A stretch of 64,000 nucleotides of DNA, taken from an uncultured Chlamydiales bacterium. Its GTDB lineage: Bacteria > Chlamydiota > Chlamydiia > Chlamydiales > JAAKFR01. Every line of letters starts with the position of its first letter. The stretch's first letter is position 1. Shown in pieces: positions 12,361 through 23,019 of the stretch. Below the pieces are notes generated by a model. The model was not told the origin of the DNA. It saw only the letters and a list, made by a program, of their open reading frames with translations, and did not search any database. The stretch spans positions 1,195,757-1,259,756 of the forward strand of contig OY969414.1 of assembly GCA_963699155.1 (NCBI GenBank). The letters are read 5' to 3'. The position numbers and the translations under genes are program-made.

Positions 12361-14145
12361 TTAGTGAGTGTGTTCGAATTTGTGTTCTTCAAACTGAAGT
12401 AAAGAAAGTAATAGCAATACTTGAAAAAGTCTATTCACAATAGACTCTGTTATTTCTTCTAATTCAATAAGACCATGGCAAACATTATTGCGTATGTTCC
12501 AGCCCAAGGGGCTAGTTAATAATAACTTGAAATAGGTAAGAAGGTTATCGTCAAAAGCATTTTTAAGTTCATCTTTTTCAAGGATAGCACCCAAAGTCAA
12601 AAGTTGAAAACCTCCATTCTGATCTAACCTGTAAGTTACTCACCCTGCAATTCCACAAGAGTTGGCAGTATGTGCTCGATTTGAGGAATCAGTATGTAAG
12701 CAGCAGAAAAAAAATCCTTGTTTAAGAAAAAATTCAAACCCTTTGCTAGCGCATTTTTCCTCTTAGAAATTTGAGAAATACGAAATAACTTTTTTGAAAA
12801 AAAATGATCTATAAGATCATCAACATGAACATTAAATGTTGATATGACATTTTTAAGAATGTCGTTCAAAAATACGGTCAATATTGCTATGTCCTGCGAC
12901 ATTTGCAACAGAACATGGCTATCTAAATCCTCAGCAATAGGCTTCACTCTTGCTAAAGTTCGGCCTTGTTTATCCTGCTTATTAATGCCAATAAGAAACG
13001 TCAATGGGTATTGCTTAAACAGCTCCTGAACGGTGTGCGCAGCTTGCTCTTTTTTGAGGAAGGAAACTTATAGCCATTGTCTCAAGGGCACTTGATAAAG
13101 ACCCCTTCACAAACTCCTCTGCATATTTTTGATATTCTGCAGCAGAAATAGTTGTTTTTGCCTCTACGATATGCAAATCTTCAGGAGGTAATTCTTGGAT
13201 AGCTCTCAAAATTTTCTGTTTGAAAGATTTACCTAAACCAAATCTTTGGAAAATATGCAAAGCTTCTCTCAGCCAAGCCTCCGCAACCATCGGTGATACT
13301 TTTTTTGCAGCAACTAATACTTCTTCTCCATATACGGATAAAACTTCTTCAATTTGCTGAGGTTGTCGAGGGATATGCTTATTTAAATAATAGTCGGCGA
13401 GCCTTTCGGCCGCTTGATGCAATCCAAAGATATTATTACTAGCGCTTTTCAAGCGCACAAATCTTTCTTTTAGTCGTTCAATAATAAGGTTAGTTTGTTC
13501 TGTGGAAAGTAATTTTGACACTTTTTTATCATCTACTAAAAGATCATAACTAAATCCCCAAGTTCCAAGTTGTTGATCTACAGCATACAAAGACTCAAAG
13601 TCGATGATTTTGTTGATCAAGGCTGTGATTCTTTGTATATCAGAGATTTGCATGGCAATATTTAAGCCTCTCGCAAGAGCAATCTTTCCTTCTACGGCGG
13701 GGAATTTAAAAGGTATAGCTCTTGAGCAAAGGGCAATTGTCTGATCGACTGCTTCTTGTGCAAATTTTACATCTGCTCCAGAGCCTGTGACTGATTTGGT
13801 GAGATCCCAAACTAAGTCAGAATATCTTAACCGTAGGGCAGGGTGTTGAGCATACTTGCATCGATCTTGCCAATATTCGAGAACCTCAGGTGTCAGAACC
13901 GAAATGGATGGATTTTCAAAAACGGAGCCATCATCATGTTTGCACCTGAAGTACGGACCATAGTAGTTATTTATACCCGCATTTTTGGCAAACAAAAATG
14001 CCAATGATTCAGCGCGGAATGCAAATTCCTCGTTGATTTTAGGTTGTTGTTCTGCTAACTGACGAAGTCTATCAGATATTTCAGCTTCACTGAATGGATC
14101 TGTTTTGGATTCATAATCCAAAAATATTGATTCTACACTTTTCAT
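12361..14145 (-). CDS. DUF4209 (HEPN-like) domain protein, two frameshifts
   Basis: Three collinear ORFs; C-terminal LIPQIE and LLTSPLGWNIRNNVCHG (RxxxxH). Confidence 0.7.
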
Positions 14146-14149
14146 AATT

Positions 14150-15235
14150 TTAGAAATGATCCCTATCTGAAGCATCCTCAGTTCTATGTTCTGTTAGTTT
14201 TGCTTCAATTTCAGCTGCGGTGGGTAATGTGCCCTCGAGTTCTTTAGGAAGGGTATCTAAAATGGTCACTTCATATTCAGAAACACCCATGGGCATTGTA
14301 CTTCGTTCTAAAGAGTATTCAACTTTTAAATCATTCTTTGTGCGGCAAATAATCATCCCTATCGATGGGTTATCTGAGGGATGTTTGATTTGTCGATCCA
14401 CTGCAGCGAGGTAAAAATTCAATTTCCCTGCATATTCTGGTTTGAAGTCAGTCGTTTTTAATTCTACTACACAAAAGCAGCGTAGCTTGATGTGGTAGAA
14501 AAGCATGTCTAAATAATAGTCATCTCCTGCGATCTCGATGTGATACTGTCTGCCAATGAAAGCGAATCCCTGTCCTAGTTCTAAAATCAACTTTTCTAAA
14601 TTATCGATAAGCCCACGCTCAAGTTCTTTTTCAACATAATCATTGGTGAGAGACAAAAACCCAAAATTATAGGGACTTTTTAAAATATCAATAGCTAAAC
14701 GAGAGTGGGGATCGGGTAGGCATGTCTTAAAGTTTGTAACGGCTTTTCCCTGTCTTTTGTAAAGATTTGATTTAATAGCCTCTTCTAATGCTCTTCCACT
14801 CCATCCCTTTTGCAGTACCTGATGGGCATACCAATTTCGAGTATCTGGATCCTTTAACTTCTCTATTAGCAGGATGTTATGCCACCATGGAATTTGTGCA
14901 AGCAGTGTCTGCACAAATTGCGGATCAGGGTAAATTTCGGCAAACTTGCGCATGTATTTTAAATTTCTAACTGAGAATCCAGAAATTCCCGGAAACTCGG
15001 TAGCTAAATCTTTAGCCATCCGGTCAATTATTTTTGCACCCCATCCCTCTTTATTCTGCTTTTCAAGAATAGATTTACCAATCGACCAATAGAGTTTTAC
15101 TAACTCGCTATTGACAGATAGGCTAGCACGCAATTGGGCTTCTAGGATTTTTTTCTTAATCTCTTCAAAAAAATCTTTGTAATTGATTGGGAGAAGTTGT
15201 GAAGAATTGGGCTCAGCAAAAAGATTTGTTGTCAT
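14150..15235 (-). CDS. DUF1016/YhcG family PD-(D/E)xK nuclease-domain protein
   Basis: VNSELVKLYWSIG, GFSVRNLKYMR, ELGQGFAFIGRQ, DMLFYHIKLRC..VVELK, GKLNFYL. Confidence 0.92.
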   Translation of the reverse strand: MTTNLFAEPNSSQLLPINYKDFFEEIKKKILEAQLRASLSVNSELVKLYWSIGKSILEKQNKEGWGAKIIDRMAKDLATEFPGISGFSVRNLKYMRKFAEIYPDPQFVQTLLAQIPWWHNILLIEKLKDPDTRNWYAHQVLQKGWSGRALEEAIKSNLYKRQGKAVTNFKTCLPDPHSRLAIDILKSPYNFGFLSLTNDYVEKELERGLIDNLEKLILELGQGFAFIGRQYHIEIAGDDYYLDMLFYHIKLRCFCVVELKTTDFKPEYAGKLNFYLAAVDRQIKHPSDNPSIGMIICRTKNDLKVEYSLERSTMPMGVSEYEVTILDTLPKELEGTLPTAAEIEAKLTEHRTEDASDRDHF

Positions 15236-15344
15236 AATATAATGGGTTTGTAAATCGAGGAATTTTTCCATACCGATCGAGAGAAGTCAATATTTTCATG
15301 TGGAGTATCTGATAACGCATGTATTATTTAAGATGGATGCAGTC

Positions 15345-16880
15345 TTAAAAATTTCTGTATTGGTAAGGAGCTAACGGAGACATGAAGTTATCATAGGCTG
15401 CCCTGCCTTTTTTGCGTTGAGCTTCTTCATCAGCATGATTTTTTGCATTCGCTGCTCGTAAGCTGAGAGCAAGATAGCGAAAAGCATCCGCACCATCGCT
15501 AGAAAAGTCATGGACAGGTTTATCACTCCAGCATCCATGCCGTTCATTCCATTCTTTTTTGTAATTTTCAAGTGCTCGAATCCCTTTTTCACATTTTGCT
15601 TCGTCAAACCAGCAACGGTTGAAAATGGCTCGCACAGCATCGATGCCTTCTTGGAGACTCAATTTAGGAACGGGAGTCAAAGTAATGCCATGGTTGCGTG
15701 CGATTTGGATGCGATTAAGGCCACTTCCATATTCATGATTATTAGCATCGTGAGGAACGAAGTATTTCTGCGTAAAATAAGGCTTATCTTTTAAAATTTT
15801 AAGATAATGTGTCAGTGGCTCTCCCGACATTTCATAGTAATCTATCAAATGCACTTCCTGTCCTAGAATTTGATACCACCAGATCGCTGTTGAATCGTTA
15901 AATCCTAAATCCATGGAGACAAAGGCAGGTACTGTTTCGTCGTAGACAACTCGTCCAATTCGTTTTTCAGCTCTGGCTTTTGCAATATATTTGCCATAAT
16001 ACAAACCCTCTGTGGAAGCCTGGAAAGCTTCATCTGGGGTGCTTGGATATTCTCGCTTCATATCCTCATGCTGTGTGACGTATTTTTTGGCATACCAGCT
16101 CATTTGAGAGGGGTGCAGGGTGATTTTGTGTACTTCATGTAACTCCTTGAAGTACTCAAATAAGTCGGGAGGAATAGTCACTGCGTTCTCAATCCAATAC
16201 TCCCTATTCCTGAACCAAGGGAAAAAGAAAAATTTGAAATCCAGCGGGGTTAATTCTATTTCAGAGTCTTTTAAAGCTTGCGCTCTCTTACACATTTCAT
16301 AAAAATAACCCTCCCTCCCTTCGGCTGTCGATTCGATGAAGCAATACTGACCAGATGCTAACGTATTCAATGAGCCCGTGACGATTTCTCGTGCTTTATC
16401 AGGAAATTTAGCGCATATCTTCCCAAATTCCGAAATGTGCAAATATTGAAATGTGCTCGATCTCAAAGACATACCCACTCTCAATGAAGAGCCATTGGAA
16501 AATTGGATCATCTGGGCGGTGTCCATGTTTGATTGACGCAGTGCTTTCAGTTCTTCAGGCAGATTGTCATATGCAAATTTTGCACGGCGAAACAGCTGCT
16601 GAGCATCTTCGAGGGTATGTGCAATGATCCCTGCTGAAACGTTGGAGTTGAATAAGCAACGATCGAGGAACAGAAGGCAAATGAACGTTGAAATGCCCAA
16701 CTGTCTGGCTTTAAGAATGAGATTACAATGGTGGATCCCATTATACAGCTCTTCCTGTGCCCAATTCATTTGAAATCGAACTTTATTGCCTTGCTTATCA
16801 ATGATGTAGTAGAGATTGTTGAGTCTCCATCTTGGATTTGCAAGGAGCATCTGAGCAACGTCGATTTCTTCAGTTTTCAT
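15345..16880 (-). CDS. terL: Phage terminase large subunit
   Basis: ILKARQLGIST Walker A, LHISE Walker B, ESTAEG motif III, and an RNase H-like C-terminal domain (MDLGFNDST...DGADAFRY). Confidence 0.9.
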   Translation of the reverse strand: MKTEEIDVAQMLLANPRWRLNNLYYIIDKQGNKVRFQMNWAQEELYNGIHHCNLILKARQLGISTFICLLFLDRCLFNSNVSAGIIAHTLEDAQQLFRRAKFAYDNLPEELKALRQSNMDTAQMIQFSNGSSLRVGMSLRSSTFQYLHISEFGKICAKFPDKAREIVTGSLNTLASGQYCFIESTAEGREGYFYEMCKRAQALKDSEIELTPLDFKFFFFPWFRNREYWIENAVTIPPDLFEYFKELHEVHKITLHPSQMSWYAKKYVTQHEDMKREYPSTPDEAFQASTEGLYYGKYIAKARAEKRIGRVVYDETVPAFVSMDLGFNDSTAIWWYQILGQEVHLIDYYEMSGEPLTHYLKILKDKPYFTQKYFVPHDANNHEYGSGLNRIQIARNHGITLTPVPKLSLQEGIDAVRAIFNRCWFDEAKCEKGIRALENYKKEWNERHGCWSDKPVHDFSSDGADAFRYLALSLRAANAKNHADEEAQRKKGRAAYDNFMSPLAPYQYRNF

Positions 16881-17307
16881 GGTTAAGAAGCTCTTTTGAG
16901 GCACCATCGATACGATTTAGAACAAAGGCAAGAGGATTGCCAGTATCGCCTGAAACCTGCTGACGATCGGTCCAACCACAAGTATTTGCTAAAACTAGCT
17001 TCGTGATACTTGCGTTATAGAGATTCAGCAAACCCCCTTTGATTAGCTTCGATTGCTGCCAATGTTGAGCCCGCCTATACACTCCAGAAAACTTTTCATT
17101 TTCTTTAGCCCATATTGCAAGTAGGTCGGGATCATAGCTTCGTTCCAGAGCAAAATCTTTAAACCAGACGCTATCGGGTCGCTGCATCCATTCCTCAAAT
17201 GCAGTGGCTTCGTCTTCGATAAACTGTGCAGTGTACATTTTAGGACGACCCCCATTTTCACTGCCTGGATATGCGGTATGACCTTTTGGAGCTGGCATGT
17301 TGCCCAT
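16870..17307 (-). CDS. Probable phage terminase small subunit
   Basis: MPAPKG..GRPKMY start, helical core with GGL..YNASITKLVL; overlaps the terL start. Confidence 0.75.
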   Translation of the reverse strand: MGNMPAPKGHTAYPGSENGGRPKMYTAQFIEDEATAFEEWMQRPDSVWFKDFALERSYDPDLLAIWAKENEKFSGVYRRAQHWQQSKLIKGGLLNLYNASITKLVLANTCGWTDRQQVSGDTGNPLAFVLNRIDGASKELLNHEN

Positions 17308-17410
17308 ATGTAAAAATTGCTTTGATTTAATTTTTTTATATCACAATTTTCTTATTTTTTCAAAAAAAACTAGCGCGGATGTGATTGATTTTTAAATATT
17401 TTAATGAATT

Positions 17411-18403
17411 TTATTTAAGTATTTCTAAAACCCATTCTCTAATGTCCAATCCTTGTTGAATGGCCTCACCGATGTCTTTTCCCACAGGGGTAGGACATGC
17501 TTCTGATGCAGGATATAGTTTTTGCCATTTGGTAAGCATAGCAATGCCACCCTCATCATTGTCGTGACATATCAACACTTTTCTTCTTTTCGCCCAGTAA
17601 TCTGTCACAATATCTGGATTTTTTGTATTGCTACCAACAGCCACAACAAAAAGCAAGTCGCTACAAACATGATGCAGAGCCAAGGCGTCAAATTCACTTT
17701 CCACAATCATCATGATCGGCTTCTGAGTATTTCCAACGATGTTTAAGCCATTCATAGATCCTGGCATCGCCCAATACTTGGGAAATTTTGCATCTTTATA
17801 CCATCCTTCTCTTCGGATTTTGATACGAATAACCTGCCCTGAAGGCTCTGTAGTTGGAATGACAATTCCTATCGGGATTTTTATTTCTGGCTTATCATCT
17901 ATTTCAAACTCTGAGCCAGATAATGTGATCTTACGGTCACAAAATCCTATGCCATAATTTTTAATGGCTTCTTCAGGAATACCCCTTTTAGTTAACCATT
18001 GTATTTGTGCAGGATGATTCCAAATCATTTTATGAGCCCATGCTACGCAATCATTAGCTCTTTTTAGCCATTTTTCACTCGGTGCATGCAGAATCGGAGT
18101 CACAAATGTTTTGTTGTCGACAGTTGAGAAGAGTGACCTTCTGTGCGAAATATTTAATTTTTTCGCTATCTCTTTAAATGGCACACTCAAAAAGTCTACA
18201 TAAAATTGAATTGTGTCACCCCTTACCTGGCACTGTCGACATTTATAATATCCAATGCAATTTTTCATTTGTCTGTTAGGCTGGATATAACATCTATCAT
18301 GACCTCCGCATGCAGGGCAGGATCAATGATATTCTCCTCCATGAGTAGCTGATACCCTTTTTGGATCTAACCCAATCTCTCTAAATAACTGTAGCAAGTC
18401 CAT
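17411..18403 (-). CDS. Zn-finger + Toprim primase-like protein with an in-frame TGA at 18323-18325
   Basis: From ATG 18403: ...GGEYH*SCPACGGHDRC...YKCRQC, in frame with ORF 17411-18268, which carries Toprim motifs IVESEFD and CHDNDEGG and a GKDIGE tail. Confidence 0.75.
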
Positions 18404-18457
18404 AATTCCTCTAACTCGTTATCTATAAAGTCTTTAGCAAAATGAATTATGAAAATC

Positions 18458-18632
18458 ATGACAAAATGACACAATTTTCTATCTTGTTATCTGCATATTT
18501 TTCTAATTTAGCTTGAATTGATGCGAGAATGGTGAATATTGTGTCATTTGTGTCATTAAAAGATTTAACAATCTTATTATCAGTTGTTAATAAAATGACA
18601 AAATTGTGACAGCTGTATGACGGAAGTGACGA
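18458..18632. repeat. Cluster of TGAC(A) repeats in direct and inverted orientation; candidate replication origin
   Basis: atgacaaaatgacacaat (18458-18475), near-inverted attgtgtcatttgtgtcat (18538-18556), and four TGAC at ~10-bp spacing (18596-18630) in AT-rich DNA just downstream of the helicase. Confidence 0.45.
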
Positions 18633-18652
18633 ATACAATGCTGAACCCCCGC

Positions 18653-20328
18653 TCACTTTTGGTACCCCATAGCATCGTTTTCATCATTGAGAAGTTTGAT
18701 CCCTTTCCATAATCGATACTGACCTGTCCTTCCATCAACCTCTTCTCCAAATTTATGAATCAAATAATTCGCCATTTCATTTTTGTTGGGCTTAGCATAA
18801 CCGTTAGAATCGCAAAACTTTTCCAGTGCTTGACGCATTTTGTTTTTTTGTGTGGAAAAAGCTGCATCCAAAATGCATTTTTCGTCTAAGAAATGTCCAA
18901 TTACATCATTTTCTTTTCGGTAGTTTTCTGTTTCCTGAAGGACAATGCTTGGGATTAAAAGACCGTCTGTTTGATATTTAATACATCCAAGAATTGCCAA
19001 GCGAGAATGCTTTCAGTTTCCTTGAATAACTTTTCTTTAAATCCAGGATCTAACAACCGCTCGTGAGGGTCTTTTGGTTCTGCGACAAAGTGCGCATTGA
19101 ATGGAATTAAATAGGTTCTAGACCAGAGAGCCTGGTCATCGGCAGGTGCCTCAGGCTTATAATTTGTTTGGATGAACATTGTATGCGATGGCTTTATTGC
19201 AAGGTCAACATTGGAATAGAGGCGCCTACAGGGGATCGTGTCTCTTCCACTATAGTTTTTCACTTTGGCTGCATCGATTGTCTTACCCTTATTAATTTCA
19301 GAAAATATTGCAAAGCGGACACCTTGAAGGTTTGCAAGTTCTGGACTTGGACTATTTGAATTCTGAGTATTTTTTTGTAATAAAAGCATTTCAGAAGGAA
19401 AAGTTCTGGCTAATTTTCCCAATACTCTCTCCAAGGCTTGTAGCAAGGTTCCTTTTCCATTGCGGCCTTGTGCTCCATAAAGAAAGAAAACTTTTTCTTC
19501 TTTTGCATCACCAAGAAGAGCTGATCCAAGACAACAGGCTAAAAAGTCCATCAACTCCTCATCTTCGAGTGTAATATCTTGGATGAATTTATCGAATAAT
19601 GCGCTATTAGCAATTGGAATATAAGGAGTTGGACACACCGTGCGCAGGTATCTTGCTGGTAGGTGAGGTAAAATGTCACCTGTTTTTAAATCAACAAGAC
19701 CATTACTGCAGGGAAGAAATCCTGGACAATGATCCCAAGTGCCTTTGAAAGAGACTTCTGTGCTAATGAATGTAAAAACAGCACTATAACGTTTAGCAGT
19801 ACGCAAAGTAGATGCTCTTTTTTTAATAGCATTTATAGTGTTTGCTTCATTTACATAAGAGGCAGCCCATTCATATAACTTTTCAACCTCTTTCATGTCT
19901 TGGTAACGTTGTCGAGCGAAATCTATTTCCCAATGAGTGCCATTCCAAACATAAAATGCTCCATTTTTCCCTTCAGAGCTGTCAAAAACATATTTATCCT
20001 TATGCAGATAAATAAATAATTCGGCATCTCCTCGTTCATTTCTATCTAGAGCATCCAAGACCATTTGGAGCTTCTTATCATTTGCGTTCTCTTCTTCAAG
20101 TCGAGCCGCGTTTGCTTGTATTTCAAGAATCCTGCTCATCTCAGAAGCATTTGTAAAGAGTTCAGGATTAGTTTTTAAGATTTCTTTTAGAGAACTACCA
20201 AGAGAAAAGGCTTGAGCTTCTAATAAAGAATTTTTCTCATTCCTAAGATCCTTTCTTTCGATTAGAAGCTTTTCTATTGATTCTCTTCCGGATTTATTAT
20301 TAACGAATTTGTTATTAACTGTTTGCAT
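18653..20328 (-). CDS. P4/D5-family SF3 helicase (phage/plasmid primase family), one frameshift near 18975
   Basis: D5_N-like YVWNGTHWE and LPCSNGLVDLKTG; Walker A GRNGKGT; ELANLQGVR; QTNYKP..DQALWSR..IPF; the C-terminal part is ORF 18653-19000. Confidence 0.88.
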
Positions 20329-20359
20329 TTATTAAACACTTGTTGAGCAGCGCTTTCAA

Positions 20360-20560
20360 TTATCTCTTTTTTCCTTGGCAATCAATCCATTCATCAAAAA
20401 GATCGATTCTGAGAAGTAAGCGCTTGCCGATTCTCCTAACTGCCTTTTCAAGGCCATTTTTGTGGCGCTTATGCAACAAGTGTCGCAATTGACCTTCAGT
20501 GAATGGATATCGTTCGCTACTAACGATTTGTTCAGGGTACCAAAATTCATAGCTGGACAT
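20360..20560 (-). CDS. Small excisionase/AlpA-like DNA-binding protein
   Basis: 66 aa, basic, with a RRIGKRLLLRIDLFDEWI wing motif; lies between the integrase module and the helicase. Confidence 0.65.
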   Translation of the reverse strand: MSSYEFWYPEQIVSSERYPFTEGQLRHLLHKRHKNGLEKAVRRIGKRLLLRIDLFDEWIDCQGKKR

Positions 20561-20655
20561 AGATTCTCCTATTTTTGAATATGTCCTAATAATAGCCGAT
20601 GTTTTTGGTAGAGTCGATTAAAGCCGTGGGAGTACGACCAACACTTTTTGGCAGT

Positions 20656-21948
20656 CTAGGGTGATAGAGAAGTGACAAGTTGCTGATATCTATGGCCTGG
20701 CACTTCTTGAGGCAGACTCATGAATGTAAGGAAGGTAATTTTACCAGGATAAGGCAGGTTAGCCTGTTCAATAGCTCTGCGTAATACTCTGTCTAAGCAG
20801 CTTTGTGGAGCTAAAAAGAAAAGCGAGGATTTGGGCTGGCCGAGTAATTGGAGATAATCATGTAAGAAAAAGGAAATGGGTGCTTCTTTTTTTCCAAATG
20901 ATGTGAGTAAGGATAACGCAGGAAGTGGTTGAGATGGTGATAAATCAGATAAGGATAATTCACGTATTTGATTGATTTCTGAAGTTATGCGAGAAAAAGC
21001 ACAGGTCAAACATATCCATAGCAAACCGAGCGCCTGAGCTGCATTTCTTTGAGCATCCCTTCTCCCTGTTAAAACTATTGAGATCAGGTTTTGAATGATC
21101 TTGACAACGCTAAATTGATCAATGGGATATTTTTGTGGTTTCACAAGACGAATCAGGCAATTGCCTTGCACATTCTTCTCAAGAGGGAGTATGTTATTTA
21201 AATGGTGTAAATCTTTATAATTTAGTTCATTACGAATGAAGTTTGCAAAACTGTTGAGGGATTCCCACCATTTTCCATCTTTCTCCTTGGGTAAAATCTC
21301 ATGAGATAGTTGTTGCAAATACTCAAGTAAATCGATCCCCTTACGCGGATAAGAAATAATGTCGTATCGAATTTTGAGATCATCTGCTTGCTCGAACCAT
21401 TTCTCATACCACTTAGCTGCAGATTCTAAAAAGAGAGGCGGTATTTGATCTTCTAACGTTTCGGCAGGGAACATGTCGTTCAAATAGCCTTGCGCATCTC
21501 TATCAAGGTGTTGGCGAATAAAATTCACAAAACTATTTACGGATTCATACCACTGTTCATCTCTATTTTTAGATAAAAATTCATAGGATAACCGTTGCAA
21601 ATACTCAAGCAAGGTAGTTTCTGCATTATCTTTGCAAGAGCGAGAAGTTATATTTAATTGACTTTTAGGATCATGTGCATGATTGCGCCATTCTTCATGC
21701 CATCTTGTAGCAGATTCTAAAAAGAGAGGCGGTATGCGCCTCTCTATTTTTGCCTTTGTCATCAAAGGCAGATAATGATCTGTGGCAAACATCCAACAGC
21801 GAGCTTGTTCTATTTCAGAGAAATTAACCCCTGATCCAAGCTCAGGGGAGATGGAGCCATCAGGATGGCCCATTGTGTTTATTCGGAAAGCGATTTTGGC
21901 TTGTAAATTTTTGAGAACTGCTTTGATTGGAGTGATGTTGTAGCTCAT
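20656..21948 (-). CDS. Hypothetical protein with an internal ~95-aa duplication and a degenerate tyrosine-recombinase-like C-terminus
   Basis: Repeats IPPLFLESAxxW and LLEYLQxLS..W.ES.NSF.NFIR; overlaps the integrase stop by 4 bp. Confidence 0.7.
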   Translation of the reverse strand: MSYNITPIKAVLKNLQAKIAFRINTMGHPDGSISPELGSGVNFSEIEQARCWMFATDHYLPLMTKAKIERRIPPLFLESATRWHEEWRNHAHDPKSQLNITSRSCKDNAETTLLEYLQRLSYEFLSKNRDEQWYESVNSFVNFIRQHLDRDAQGYLNDMFPAETLEDQIPPLFLESAAKWYEKWFEQADDLKIRYDIISYPRKGIDLLEYLQQLSHEILPKEKDGKWWESLNSFANFIRNELNYKDLHHLNNILPLEKNVQGNCLIRLVKPQKYPIDQFSVVKIIQNLISIVLTGRRDAQRNAAQALGLLWICLTCAFSRITSEINQIRELSLSDLSPSQPLPALSLLTSFGKKEAPISFFLHDYLQLLGQPKSSLFFLAPQSCLDRVLRRAIEQANLPYPGKITFLTFMSLPQEVPGHRYQQLVTSLSP

Positions 21949-23019
21949 TCGGCTTGCTCCAAAATTCGAGAAGAAGCTTCTTCGCTAAGATGGCGCACAT
22001 CTCGTACATCAAGATGTGTATAAACTTCAAGCATTTGGATCGTTTTATGACCAAGTGCAGTTTTTAATTGAAGACTATTGGCTCCAGATTTTGCTGCTGC
22101 AGTTGTAAAATGATGTCGTGTTCCATGAAATACAAAATTTTCGATATCGGCTTGTTTTAAGGCAGTTTTCCATGCTTTACTGATATCAATCTTCCCAAAA
22201 GCGGTTTTGCTTGCAAAAACTAAAGGTTTTGAGGGGTCGCGGTTTTGGTAAATGGATTTCAGCTCTTGAACAACAACATCTACCAGGGGCACACTGCGTG
22301 CTTCCCCATTTTTAGTTTCGGTGAAATGTGCCACTTTGTTTTGAAGATCGACTTGATCCCAAGATAATCCTAAAATTTCGCCCTTGCGAGCACCTGTAGT
22401 CAAGGAGAAGAGAACAATGCAATAAAGATAAGGATTTTTACTGTTACGGCAAGCTTCAAGCAACCTCTGGACTTCATTGTTTATCAATGGACGTCGTTTT
22501 TTTGTAAATTCTTTTAGCTTTATTAGGTTAGAACAAGGGTTTTCATCGATCCATCGCAATTGACGGCATCCATAAGTCAATGCTCCTGAAAGTGAAGCAA
22601 TGTATCGGTTTACTGTAGACGCTGTGCGCCCTTTTCCTTTTGGTGTTGGTGTACTGAGGAGCAGTTGTCTTTCTTCAGTTAGCCGCTCTGGAGTCACATG
22701 GAAGAGGAAGTAAGTACCAAGTCGTTTTTTCCAGTAATTGAGGTGACGTAGTGTATCTTTTGACGAGCTATGGTGTTCTAAGGTTCCACTGGTGATATAG
22801 CGATCGACTAGATCGCCAAAGGTATTCTTTTGTTTGTATCTTTTGAAATTGAAACGCCCATTTCTAATCTCAAGCTTCTGTTTCTGCCGCCCAATCCCTA
22901 GCTTCTTCTATGCGATCGACAATTTTGCAAACGGTATCATGCCCTTTGATGCGAATCAGTACTTTCCAACCAGGAAGTGTTTTGCCATTTTTATCTTTTC
23001 TTCTAGTAATGGTTGCCAT
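21945..23019 (-). CDS. int: Tyrosine recombinase/integrase (one frameshift near 22875)
   Basis: Catalytic GARKGEI, TKNG, HGTRH, LGH and VYTH; N-terminal arm MATITRRKDK...EARDWA hand-translated from ATG 23019. Confidence 0.92.

Noticed and set aside
18323..18325. TGA recoding (Sec/Trp) in the primase
   Set aside because: TGA is the normal stop of nusG and rpoB here, and the position is not one of the Zn-ligand cysteines.
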